DNA of 64,000 nucleotides from NCBI GenBank assembly GCA_963675295.2, contig CAXXKJ010000002.1:2976001-3040000 (forward strand). The letters are read 5' to 3'. Shown here piece by piece: positions 18,788 to 30,166 of this stretch. The notes beneath the pieces are model-generated. The model was given only the letters and a program-made list of their open reading frames with translations. It made no database searches and was not told where the DNA came from. A program made the translations under genes and the position numbers. Within the stretch, counting starts at the first letter, position 1; every line of letters starts with the position of its first letter. This DNA comes from a bacterium. GTDB lineage: Bacteria > Electryoneota > Electryoneia > Electryoneales > Electryoneaceae.

Positions 18788-21637
18788 TCAGAAGGAAAAC
18801 TTGAAGCCAATACGCACTTCACGCGGCCGGCTGTAGTACTGCGGCCGGTTGTACACCTCGTCCAGCGTGTTGATGGACGGTTCTTCCGACGGCAGGTTCT
18901 GGTAATATTCCTGCGTGTAGGTGGCCCGTCCGGTGTCGGTGAACACGTCGTTTTCGTTTAGGCGGTCGAACAGGTTGCGCACCATCAGCTCGACGCTGGC
19001 CGTGATGCCGGTTCCCTCGAACCACGGCAGGTAGTAGAACGCGTTCAGGTCAACGTTGAAGTAGTCCGGCTTGCGGGCGTCGTTCTCGAACGAGATCTCA
19101 ACGTCCGCTTCTGTGGAGAGATTCTTTGAGGTGTACGGCAAGCCCGAACCATAGTAAGCGATCAGCGACGCACCCCAGATCTTCGGCTGGAAGTAGTTGA
19201 CCGTCGCATTGATCGTGTGACGGCGGTCCCAGTCCAGCGGCAGCAGTTGCTTGATCGGTTGCTGCTCGGCCTTCTGCGCGTTGAACGCATCCTGCGGATC
19301 GGACGCGTTACCCTCCGCGATCTGGTACGTGTAGTTCAACTGGCCGGAGAAACCGTTCGCGTAGCGCTTGTCCAGCGACAGAACGATGCCCTTAACCTCA
19401 CCGAAATCCCGGTTGGTGTACTGGATGTACTTGGTGCCGGCGTCGTAGGTGCTGACAATCCGGTCGGAGCTGACCAGGTTACGAATATCGCGCTGGTACA
19501 GGCTCAGGCCCATCGACATGTCGTCGGTGATTCCCTGCTGCAGGCCAAACTCGTAGGAGATCGTCTTCTCGGCTTCGAGATCCGGGTTACCCATCAAGGT
19601 GCCGGTGCTCGAATTCGGATCCAGCTCCCACTCGGGGTTGGTGTAGAGGTATTCATAGCGCGGACGCTGGAAAAAATGTCCGTACGCGAAGTGCAGCACG
19701 CCGGTCGGGCTGATCGGGTATGCGACACCCAGTCGCGGTGACACCTGGTACTTTGCCGATGCGTCTTTCCACCAGTACGTGTGCCGTGTCGTCAACGGGT
19801 CGTTGGCGTGCGATTCAAGCAGCGGCGAATAGATGTTCGGATCGGCCGGGTCCGCGAGGATCTTGGCGTCCGGATCGAAGTAGTCAAGACGGACACCCGC
19901 GTTCACGATGAAGTTCTTGAATTCGATCTTGTCCTGTACGTACACCGCGCCTTCGAACGGATTGTTGAAGTACTCATCGTGATCGAGGGCTGACGGATCG
20001 CGGATGAAGAAGTCTGAGGACGTTTCATCTTTCGGGTCGAGACTGGACAGCGTAAACTGGTCGTAGTAAATCGTGTTGAAGTTCGTGCTGACGCCGGCGA
20101 CAACGTAGTGAACGTTGTTCACCTGCCAGTTCAGCTTTGTAGTGCCGTTATGCGAGTCGGTGAAACGGCGGAAGTGTTCGTTGTTTGTACCGCCCATCTT
20201 CAGGGTCACGCCCGGGCTGAGGTCGGAGAAGAATGAGCTGACGTAACGATCATCGAATGGATCTTCAAAGGTGTAGTGGTAATACTCCTTGAAGGTATTT
20301 GAATACCCGGTCTCGATAAACGCTCGCTGGCTTAGCGCCCACGTGGCACGCAGCATGTTGGTCCGGCCACGGGAGAAGCGGTGTAGTACGCCTTCCGGGA
20401 CGTACCGCCAGTCGTTATCGTAGTCCTTGTAGTTCCGGTCATCCCAGAGGCTTGAATAGTTCAGCTTGATGTTGTCGGTCAGCTGGTAGGACAGCTTTCC
20501 GTATAAATACAAGTTGCGGTCGGGATTCATCTCGACTGGTTCATCATCACCAAAGATCGGGATCACACCGACCGCGTCATACACTTCCTGCGCCCGTGTG
20601 GTATCGTAGTCATCTGGAAAAGCACTCGGGAACTCACGGAAGATCTCGCCGATGTCCAGATCGGGGCGGACAACCGACCCGTTGTCTGTCACCGTATAGT
20701 GTTCCAACCCCCAGCGACGCTGGCCGTAATACCAGCCGGAGTTGTCGTCCATGCGCCCGTTGATGAAGAACGTCAGCTTGTCGTTTGTATAGGGCACCGG
20801 CCCGGAGAGGCTGCCTTCGTAGTCCTGGATGGCCATCGGGCTGATATCATCGATGTTGTAGAACACATCGTCGTTCGTCGAAAGGTAGTCGCCGAAGCGT
20901 GTGATAACCTGACCGCTGTAACTGCTGCCCCCTTCACGGGTGATCAGGTTGACAACGCCGGACATCGCCTGGCCATACTCGGCGTTGAACGTTCCGGAGA
21001 TGACCTGCAGCTCCTGCACTGCACCCTGGTTCAGCGTGGTCGCCTGGGAGTTGTCGTATGCATCCTGCACCGGGATGCCATCGACCAGGTACACGACCTC
21101 GCCCGACCGTCCCCCGCGGAAGTGTCCGTCCACCACCCCGGCCTGCAGGTTGACCGCTTCCTGCACCCGCGTGATCGGCATCGCCTCCAGGTCTTCCGCA
21201 CCGACTGATGCGGTCGAGAACGTCCGGTCCACCTCGATGATCGGCTTCTCCGCCACGATCGTCACTTCCTCGCCCATGATCGCGGACGGGTCCAGCTCGA
21301 CGTTCAACGTGGTGGTCTTGTCGACGTTCACCTCAACACCGGTGATCGTCTTCGTCGCATACCCCAGCGACGAGACGACAATCTCGTACGTATCCGGCAT
21401 CAGGTTGATGATGAAGTACTGGCCGTCCAGGTCGGTTGCCGCACCACGGGGCGTGCCTTGTACCAGCACGTTTGCCGCCGCGATCGGTTCGCCGGTGGAT
21501 CCGTCCCGCACCACACCCATGATCTTGCCGGTTGTCCCGGCGAGGGCGGTTAAAGGCTGCAGAAAGATGGCGAACAGGAGTGAAGCAAAGATCAGATACA
21601 ACGGAACAGAACAGGATCGAAGGTTCATGAGCGTCAC
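18788..21637 (-). CDS. TonB-dependent receptor with N-terminal carboxypeptidase-regulatory-like domain
   Basis: GTTGKIMG..GAATDLDG; plug RGGRSGEVVYLVDG and ISGTFNAEYG; SPRLG, GNPDLEAEKT; terminal F. Confidence 0.93.
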   Translation of the reverse strand: MTLMNLRSCSVPLYLIFASLLFAIFLQPLTALAGTTGKIMGVVRDGSTGEPIAAANVLVQGTPRGAATDLDGQYFIINLMPDTYEIVVSSLGYATKTITGVEVNVDKTTTLNVELDPSAIMGEEVTIVAEKPIIEVDRTFSTASVGAEDLEAMPITRVQEAVNLQAGVVDGHFRGGRSGEVVYLVDGIPVQDAYDNSQATTLNQGAVQELQVISGTFNAEYGQAMSGVVNLITREGGSSYSGQVITRFGDYLSTNDDVFYNIDDISPMAIQDYEGSLSGPVPYTNDKLTFFINGRMDDNSGWYYGQRRWGLEHYTVTDNGSVVRPDLDIGEIFREFPSAFPDDYDTTRAQEVYDAVGVIPIFGDDEPVEMNPDRNLYLYGKLSYQLTDNIKLNYSSLWDDRNYKDYDNDWRYVPEGVLHRFSRGRTNMLRATWALSQRAFIETGYSNTFKEYYHYTFEDPFDDRYVSSFFSDLSPGVTLKMGGTNNEHFRRFTDSHNGTTKLNWQVNNVHYVVAGVSTNFNTIYYDQFTLSSLDPKDETSSDFFIRDPSALDHDEYFNNPFEGAVYVQDKIEFKNFIVNAGVRLDYFDPDAKILADPADPNIYSPLLESHANDPLTTRHTYWWKDASAKYQVSPRLGVAYPISPTGVLHFAYGHFFQRPRYEYLYTNPEWELDPNSSTGTLMGNPDLEAEKTISYEFGLQQGITDDMSMGLSLYQRDIRNLVSSDRIVSTYDAGTKYIQYTNRDFGEVKGIVLSLDKRYANGFSGQLNYTYQIAEGNASDPQDAFNAQKAEQQPIKQLLPLDWDRRHTINATVNYFQPKIWGASLIAYYGSGLPYTSKNLSTEADVEISFENDARKPDYFNVDLNAFYYLPWFEGTGITASVELMVRNLFDRLNENDVFTDTGRATYTQEYYQNLPSEEPSINTLDEVYNRPQYYSRPREVRIGFKFSF

Positions 21638-22222
21638 CTTGGATAGTCCGTCTACAACCGCATCTTAACCCTGCAAATCGTACGGATGCCCTCAACACGT
21701 AAACGTGCCGCCGGGATACGGCCTTCTCCCGCGCGATTGTACAGGGTGCTGGTTGACGTAATCGGTTTGGGCACGGTGGGCAGGTCGTGGTCGTCGCTGA
21801 TCGTGCTTGTACGTGCCCGGGATACCGCCGGTCCCGCGGTCGGCGGTGCGGTGTTTGTTGCGGGTGAATGGCGACGTGCTGACTCTGAAACTCGCTTTCC
21901 GTTACCCGGCCGTCTCCAACGTTCCTGTATCACACGCCCAGTGATCACCCAAACGGCCAAGTGATATAAAAGTATTGTGTTCTTTTGGTCCTATGCAACG
22001 CTTGGCTCGCATTTTCACATAGTAACTGGTCTCTTCTGTGAGGAAATGCGAGTAAACAATGAAGTTTGCTCTGCAAGATACGAAAAACACGAAACAGATT
22101 CTCGGAGCTGAACACGCATGTTTCGTAAAGAATGAACTTGCAGGAGTCGAGCTGTGTCCGGTAGCTGATGTTTTTGTCATACTGAGCCCGCCGCATCCTG
22201 CTGTTTTCAGGTGTCCTGAGAG

Positions 22223-22255
22223 AAAAAGCGCTCCCCCATTTGCTGGAGGAGCGCT
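22223..22255 (-). terminator. Intrinsic terminator after the 22288 lipoprotein gene
   Basis: AGCGCTCCTCCA-GCAAA-TGGGGGAGCGCT-TTTT on the minus strand. Confidence 0.75.
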
Positions 22256-22287
22256 GTGTATTGCTCAGGTTGCGTACTGCGCAGCAA

Positions 22288-24027
<1,740 letters not shown>

Positions 24028-24141
24028 CGTCTCTCTCCTCTTCAGTCTCTTTAGATCCGTGCGTACGGATCCCATATCCGTTCAAAACGAACTGTGGGGG
24101 TACAGTGTTAGGGTCTTGTGAACTCTACGTTCAGCTCTCGC

Positions 24142-26949
24142 TTAGCGTGTGTATGTAACGCCTACCGACCAGGTACGTCCGCGCTTGTACGTTTCCGTAA
24201 TTTCACCACCTTGGGTGAATTCGTAATCACTGTCCAGCAAGTTCTTTGCAGCGAACTTCACCGCGAACTGCCGGCCAAGCGGTTGACGTGCGGTCAGGTC
24301 GACATCATGACGGGAGGACTCTTTGACATCAGGCAGCCCGTTCGCGCCGGCGTTCGCAATGCGTTCGCCGAACGTGTTGTAGAACAGGTTGACCTGTGAG
24401 CCGTAGTCGGGATGAATGTAGCTCAGGCCGAAGTTGGCCAGGTAGGGCGACTGCCCTACCAACGGACGATTGGCTGAGGTCTGGATCTGACCGGCACCGG
24501 AACCGACTTCGACTTCGGATTCGATCAGGGACAGGTTCGAGGTCACGGTCAGCGTCTGCAGCTGATCATGCAGGATGCCAAGATTCTGCCGGATCTCGAA
24601 TTCGACGCCGTAGTTGGTTGCGCCGACGGCGTTGATGTACGATTTCCGCGGCTGTGCGGTGTTCTCGATGATCATCTCGATCGGGCTGTCGAAGTCCTTG
24701 ACGAAGGCGCTGACCGCGATCAGGTCGGCGACACCGTGGACCATCTCCCAGCGCAAGTCGTAGTTGCGGATCAGGGCCCGGTCGAGGTCCGGATTACCGA
24801 CGACCGAATAGTCGCCGATGAAGTCGGTGAATTCGAACTCGGACAATTCACGGAAATCTGGACGGGAAACCGTCTGGCTCGCCGCGAACCTCAAGTTCAT
24901 CCGCTGGCGCAGCGTGTAGCGCATGCTGATCGCCGGCAGAACATCACCGGTCGTCAGGTCGGACTTCGTCGGTGGGTTGTTCGAAATGTATGGGGTGAAC
25001 GATTCCACCTTCTGTTCCGAATGCTCGTAACGCGCGCCACCCGTGACGAACAAACGGCTGGTGACCGGCATCTCCGCCATCATGTAACCGGCGTACAACT
25101 GCTGCTTGGCGGTGTAGCTGTCGGTCGGTCGGGTGTATTCAGCGAGACGCCAGCCACCGGCGTTGATGTTATCCTCGGCGAATAACACTTCCGGTTCCTG
25201 CGAGAGGAAATCGGAATTGTTGAAGTTGGCGTTCTCCGACGCGGCCTGCGTCATCTCGAACTCGTAACGGTGATAGTCCGAAATGCGATCTTTGTACATC
25301 GCAGACCCACCGGTCTTCAGCTCGAGGGAGCTGGTCCGTCCCATCGGCTTGAAGGTCCAATCGAGTCCGCCGCTGTAAGTGTCGTCGCGCAGATCGTTGA
25401 AGATGCGGCTGCCGGAATACGTTTCATCGGCGAACTGGAAGATGCCGCCGCCGGTGTCTTCGTACTGGGTTTCGCGCGTGTCCGGTTCATATCGCGTGCC
25501 ACGGCTGTACGTCGCCTGCCAGTTGAAGGTGGACGACATCAGATCTGGCGCGGCAATGTTGCCGAAGAGTTGGTTGGTCAAGGTCTGTTCGGCGACGAAG
25601 CGCAGTCGGGTGGAACGGATATCCGTACCACGGTCATCGTTGTAGCCGCCGAAGGTGCGGACTTCGTCGCTCACATCGCGGCTGTACAGCATGTTGAAGT
25701 TGATGCTGTTAAGGTCGCTTAAGTACCAGCGCATCGCGGCCATCGATCCGAGGCCGACCGACTGGGTGTAGCTTTTATAAGCGTAATCGTGCCACAGCTT
25801 GACGGTGCCCGGGGTGTTGCCGCCGGTGTAGATGTTCTTGTCGCCGTCGATGAAGCTGCTGCCCTTGGAATACAAGCCTGAGACCATGAAGCCGAACGGT
25901 TTGCCGGCAAGCTGGGTCTGGTTGCCGATGGACACTGAGTAATTCATGTTCGGCATCGCTTGCATGTCAGTCGGCGACCAGTTGTTGTCGAACGACTTGC
26001 CGAATTCAGCGATTTCGTTCGGGTCGTAGCCACCCTCACTGAACTGGCCCGACTCGTTGATTTTCTCGGTGGCGTTGGCGACGATGTCCGGCAACGCACG
26101 CGTGCCGTCATCAAAACCGACCCAGTCGAGGTTGCCACCCTGGTAGGACTTGAAATCGTTGAAGGTGGTCGCGGTATTGTAGCTGAACGAACTGGATCCC
26201 GTCACCTGCAGTGTCTTCGGCAGCGACAGCGTGCTCATGTTGACCACACCGCCCGCGAACTCACCGTTCTGGTCCGGCAGGAACGACTTGCTGATCGTCA
26301 CCTGGTCCATCAGGTTGGACGGGAACAGCTCGAGCGACACCGCGCTACGGTTCGGCTCGGTGCCGGAAATCGCGGCGTTGTTCAGGGTAACCTTTGAATA
26401 ACGCACACCCAGCCCGCGCACGATCGGGTCGCCCTTGTCGACGGACACGCCGGTTGCACGGCGGACGACATTCGCAACGTCCGGGTCCGGCAGCTTCTTC
26501 AGCACCTCTTTCGAGACGGCGTCGGTGATCGCGGCTTCTTCCAACCGCTCTTCCAACTCCCGTTCCTGGCTGCCCTGTTCGGAACCGGCAGTGAAGGTTA
26601 CCGTTTCCAGCGTCACGCTCGACGCGGTCAGTGCCACATCGAGGTTGTATGCGTGTTCATCACTGACATCAATCTGCGGTACGACCTTCGTGTCGTAGCC
26701 GAGCATCGTGATCCTGGCGGAATACTGACCGGGGGCAACGTTGAAGATGACGAACATGCCGTCAAGATCGGTCGCCGCGCCGCGCGCCGTGCCTTCCAGC
26801 ACAATGTTCGCGCCGGTCAAGGGTTGACCCGTTTCCACATCGGTGATGACACCGCGGACCGTGCCCGCGATCGCTGCGCTACCAGCAAAAGCTACCAGCA
26901 ACGCGACCATCAGCAAACCAGCGAAACGCTTCAACTCGGTATATCGCAT
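24142..26949 (-). CDS. TonB-dependent receptor (probably phosphate-starvation associated)
   Basis: GAATDLDG N-domain; plug VRGLGVRYS...LELFPS...GEFAGG; SRPDFREL, GNPDL, GQSPY. Confidence 0.9.
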   Translation of the reverse strand: MRYTELKRFAGLLMVALLVAFAGSAAIAGTVRGVITDVETGQPLTGANIVLEGTARGAATDLDGMFVIFNVAPGQYSARITMLGYDTKVVPQIDVSDEHAYNLDVALTASSVTLETVTFTAGSEQGSQERELEERLEEAAITDAVSKEVLKKLPDPDVANVVRRATGVSVDKGDPIVRGLGVRYSKVTLNNAAISGTEPNRSAVSLELFPSNLMDQVTISKSFLPDQNGEFAGGVVNMSTLSLPKTLQVTGSSSFSYNTATTFNDFKSYQGGNLDWVGFDDGTRALPDIVANATEKINESGQFSEGGYDPNEIAEFGKSFDNNWSPTDMQAMPNMNYSVSIGNQTQLAGKPFGFMVSGLYSKGSSFIDGDKNIYTGGNTPGTVKLWHDYAYKSYTQSVGLGSMAAMRWYLSDLNSINFNMLYSRDVSDEVRTFGGYNDDRGTDIRSTRLRFVAEQTLTNQLFGNIAAPDLMSSTFNWQATYSRGTRYEPDTRETQYEDTGGGIFQFADETYSGSRIFNDLRDDTYSGGLDWTFKPMGRTSSLELKTGGSAMYKDRISDYHRYEFEMTQAASENANFNNSDFLSQEPEVLFAEDNINAGGWRLAEYTRPTDSYTAKQQLYAGYMMAEMPVTSRLFVTGGARYEHSEQKVESFTPYISNNPPTKSDLTTGDVLPAISMRYTLRQRMNLRFAASQTVSRPDFRELSEFEFTDFIGDYSVVGNPDLDRALIRNYDLRWEMVHGVADLIAVSAFVKDFDSPIEMIIENTAQPRKSYINAVGATNYGVEFEIRQNLGILHDQLQTLTVTSNLSLIESEVEVGSGAGQIQTSANRPLVGQSPYLANFGLSYIHPDYGSQVNLFYNTFGERIANAGANGLPDVKESSRHDVDLTARQPLGRQFAVKFAAKNLLDSDYEFTQGGEITETYKRGRTWSVGVTYTR

Positions 26950-27193
26950 ATCTGTTTCCCAACCTTCATGTCGGTTCAAAATACTTTTTAACGATCAGGT
27001 AAACACAACTCTAATCGTTTAGTAATCTTTTCGTATCCAAAATCAAATGATTTTGGATCAGGGGTTAGTATGTTCTGTCTTCAGCCTTCTTATCGTTCAG
27101 AACCGTTTGTAGTCACGTAGGCTGAAAACCATGCTGTCGCTTGAAAAATCCATCGTTTGAGGGGGGTAGTTAGCGGGCGATTGATACGATTCG

Positions 27194-27220
27194 GTTGGGA
27201 AGTTGTTAGAGTTTTATTAG
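27194..27220 (-). promoter_or_regulatory. Candidate PhoB/OmpR-type box: three direct repeats with 11-bp period
   Basis: Minus strand CTAATaaaactCTAACaacttcCCAAC, in the AT-rich region upstream of the TBDR. Confidence 0.4.
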
Positions 27221-27409
27221 CACCTCCTAACGTCCTATCATATTATTTTATTTAAATTTACAAGCGAGACCTCCAGAGACACCGGCCTTTTCAGCTGTCA
27301 TTTGTGATGGCTGAAATCACAATCGACATGAAAAGAAATGATCGCGGGGTGGGGTTGAAATGTTAGCGCGGGCCATACTAGCGTCTACAGCCCGTGGAGT
27401 GGATGCGGC

Positions 27410-29221
27410 TCAAAGGGATTCGAGCAGATCCAGCTGGTTGATGAGGTGTTCCGATTTCGGAAGCTCGAGGGTAAACGTCGTTCCGACGCCGATTTCGCTG
27501 TCGAGACTGACCTTGCCGCCGTGCGCGAGTGCGATGTGTTTCACAATCGCCAGCCCGAGTCCGGTCCCCCCTTCGGCACGACTGCGGCCCTTGTCGACGC
27601 GGTAGAAACGCTCGAATACGCGCGGCAGGTGTTCCTGGGCGATACCGACGCCCTCATCCTCGACCTCGAGCAGGATACGCTTCTTTTTATCCATCACGCG
27701 TACGCGCACGGTTGTGCCGTTATCGCTATACTTGATCGCGTTGGTCAGCAGGTTGATCAGTGCCTGTTCGATCAACGGTGGATTGATCACGGCACGCACA
27801 CCCTTCTCACCTTCCCTCACGATAGTCGTTCGGTGCGATTTCGCAATCTGCTCGACGGATGTCAGCGCGCTGTTCATCACGTCGTCGAGATTGGCTTCTT
27901 CCAGCTCGATACCCAATCCCTCGGCGTCCCGCTCGATCCGGGCGAGGCTGAGCAGGTCCTCGATGATCCTTTCGAGGCGTTCACTTTGGCGCAGCACGAT
28001 CTGCAGGAACTGCCTCGCGGCCTCGGGATCTTCGTAGACAGTTTCCTCGAGGGTCTCGATGTAGCCGATGATCGAAGTGACCGGAGTCCGCAGCTCGTGG
28101 GAAACGTTTGCGACGAAATCTCGGCGCGCTTTTTCCAGCCTGCGGAGACGGGTGACGTCATTAAGCACGACCACTGCGCCCATGCTTCGGCCGTCCTCGT
28201 CGCGGAGCGGCCGGCCGTGAATCTGGATGTAGCGTGGATCGAGGTCACCGAGCAACAGCTCATCTTCGACTTCGTCCTCGGTCTGCAGCGACTTGCCGAT
28301 AAAGTTGCGCAGATCGGAATTCTCGATGACGTCACGAACCGTGCGTCCACGAACTTTCGACCGTTTCAGCGAGAACATCCTCGCGGCGGCTTTGTTGATT
28401 GAGATCAGCAACCCCTCGGCATCCACCGCGAGCACGCCGTCCGAAATGGAGGTGAAGACGGCGTCCTGTTCATTGCGTTGCCGTTCGATCACCCGGATGC
28501 GGTCATCCAGCTGAATCAGCATAAGGTTGATCGCTTCTGCGAGCGCGGCAACTTCCTCCCCACCTTCCTCGGGCAACCGTCCCTCGCGGTCACCAGCCGC
28601 CACCCGGCGCGCGTACAACTTCATCTGTTCCAACGGTTGCGAAATGCGGCGGGCATTAACCCAGCTGACAGCAGCCGCGGCGAGTGCGACGATCAACGAC
28701 CCGAGGCCGATCGTGATCAACAGGACGCGGATGGTATCGTTGACCGATTTCAGCGATTTCGAGGTACGGATGATCGCGAACACTTTCTCATCGTGGAGCA
28801 GGGGGACCGCGACGTACATCATATCGGTTTGCAGCGTTGCGGAGAAGCGGCGGCTGCTGCCGGTTTCGCCATGCAAAGCGGTTTTCACTTCCGGACGGTT
28901 GTTGTGCAGGTCCATTTCGTGCGGATCGTGCTCAGAGTCCGCCAGCACGACGCCGTCAGGGCGAATGATGGTGATACGCGTGTCGGACCGGTGGCCGAGC
29001 GTTCGCACCACCTGGTTCAAACTGTCGGGTTGACTGGTTTCGAGCAGAGTGAGGATTTCCGGCTCGATCAGGCGCGCGCGGGCTGCGAGGTTGTCCTCGG
29101 TTTCCGCCATAAAGAACGAGTGCAGCATGCTGGCAGTGAAAATGGTCACCACCAGGATGGAGATCAGCGTGATCAGCAGGTAGGATGGAAATAACTGCCA
29201 GACAATGCGGCGTCGCTTCAT
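27410..29221 (-). CDS. phoR: Phosphate-regulon-type sensor histidine kinase (HAMP-PAS-HisKA-HATPase)
   Basis: HNNRPEV periplasmic motif, DFVANVSHELRTP, FERFYRVDKGRSR, GGTGLGLAIVKH. Confidence 0.85.
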   Translation of the reverse strand: MKRRRIVWQLFPSYLLITLISILVVTIFTASMLHSFFMAETEDNLAARARLIEPEILTLLETSQPDSLNQVVRTLGHRSDTRITIIRPDGVVLADSEHDPHEMDLHNNRPEVKTALHGETGSSRRFSATLQTDMMYVAVPLLHDEKVFAIIRTSKSLKSVNDTIRVLLITIGLGSLIVALAAAAVSWVNARRISQPLEQMKLYARRVAAGDREGRLPEEGGEEVAALAEAINLMLIQLDDRIRVIERQRNEQDAVFTSISDGVLAVDAEGLLISINKAAARMFSLKRSKVRGRTVRDVIENSDLRNFIGKSLQTEDEVEDELLLGDLDPRYIQIHGRPLRDEDGRSMGAVVVLNDVTRLRRLEKARRDFVANVSHELRTPVTSIIGYIETLEETVYEDPEAARQFLQIVLRQSERLERIIEDLLSLARIERDAEGLGIELEEANLDDVMNSALTSVEQIAKSHRTTIVREGEKGVRAVINPPLIEQALINLLTNAIKYSDNGTTVRVRVMDKKKRILLEVEDEGVGIAQEHLPRVFERFYRVDKGRSRAEGGTGLGLAIVKHIALAHGGKVSLDSEIGVGTTFTLELPKSEHLINQLDLLESL

Positions 29222-29227
29222 GACGTC

Positions 29228-29923
29228 CTATTCCCGGAAACGGTAGCCGACGCCACGGACGGTTTCAATCAGATCAGCGGCGGATTTCAGTTTTTTGCGC
29301 AGACCGACAATCTGCACGTCCACGCTGCGATCCGACACCGGGTGATCCTCGCCTCGGACAGCGTCCACGATCTGGTACCGGGTGAACACCCAGCCCGGCC
29401 GTTTGGCGAGCAGATGCAGGATCTTGAACTCGGTGAAGGTGAGATCGATAACTTCACCATCAACCGCGACCTCGTGCCGTCCCGGGTGAATCTTCAGCCC
29501 TTCGCGTTCGATAATCGCTTCTTCGTCCGAGCTTTCTTCGCCGACGCCCCGCCGTAACACGGCTTTAACTCGCGCGATCAGCACTCGCGGACGGAACGGC
29601 TTGGTGATGTAGTCGTCGGCGCCGAGCTCGAGACCGGTGACAATATCCGGTTCCTCGCCCTTGGCGGTGAGGATGATGACGCGGATGTTTCTCAGTTCCG
29701 GATCATTGCGTACGGACTTGCAAACCTCCAGCCCGTCCATGCCGGGCAGCATCAAGTCGAGGATCAGCAGATCCGGCCTGCGATCGGCGCAGATGCGGAG
29801 ACCTTCTTCGCCGGTCGGGACATCGCTGACCGTATAGCCTTCCCGCTCGAGGTTGTATTTGATCAACCCGCGAATATCTTCTTCGTCCTCAACAATGAGG
29901 ATATGCTCCTTCGGCATGGTCAC
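29228..29923 (-). CDS. phoB: OmpR-family response regulator PhoB/PhoP
   Basis: VEDE, LDLMLP, GADDYITKPF, DRSVDVQI..LRKKL, IETVRGVGYRF; adjacent to phoR. Confidence 0.82.
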   Translation of the reverse strand: MTMPKEHILIVEDEEDIRGLIKYNLEREGYTVSDVPTGEEGLRICADRRPDLLILDLMLPGMDGLEVCKSVRNDPELRNIRVIILTAKGEEPDIVTGLELGADDYITKPFRPRVLIARVKAVLRRGVGEESSDEEAIIEREGLKIHPGRHEVAVDGEVIDLTFTEFKILHLLAKRPGWVFTRYQIVDAVRGEDHPVSDRSVDVQIVGLRKKLKSAADLIETVRGVGYRFRE

Positions 29924-30166
29924 TCCGTGGTGCGGTACGCCTGTTCACGTGTGAAAACCGGTGCAAGCTGGAATCTAGCTAACAAGTGTGCTCGAATCCA
30001 ATTGTCCGGTTTTTTCCCCATGGATGGGAGTATATTCTACCGCTGGCGCGGCATCCCTGCCATCCGTCAACGGTTGGAAAGAGCCGACGCATTATTGAGA
30101 ACATGTTAGAGCCATATTTACCTCTTGTGCGTTCTCAGTTTGGGCAAACCTTACGGATTGCAGGCT

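Noticed and set aside
21652-21960. 102-aa minus-strand ORF upstream of the TBDR
   Set aside because: TTG start, no RBS or domain features; more likely regulatory DNA.
21994-22005. TGCAACGCTTGG (and TGCAGCGCTTG near 10871) as LacI operators
   Set aside because: Spacing and symmetry deviate from the GnAAnCGnTTnC pattern; too weak to call.
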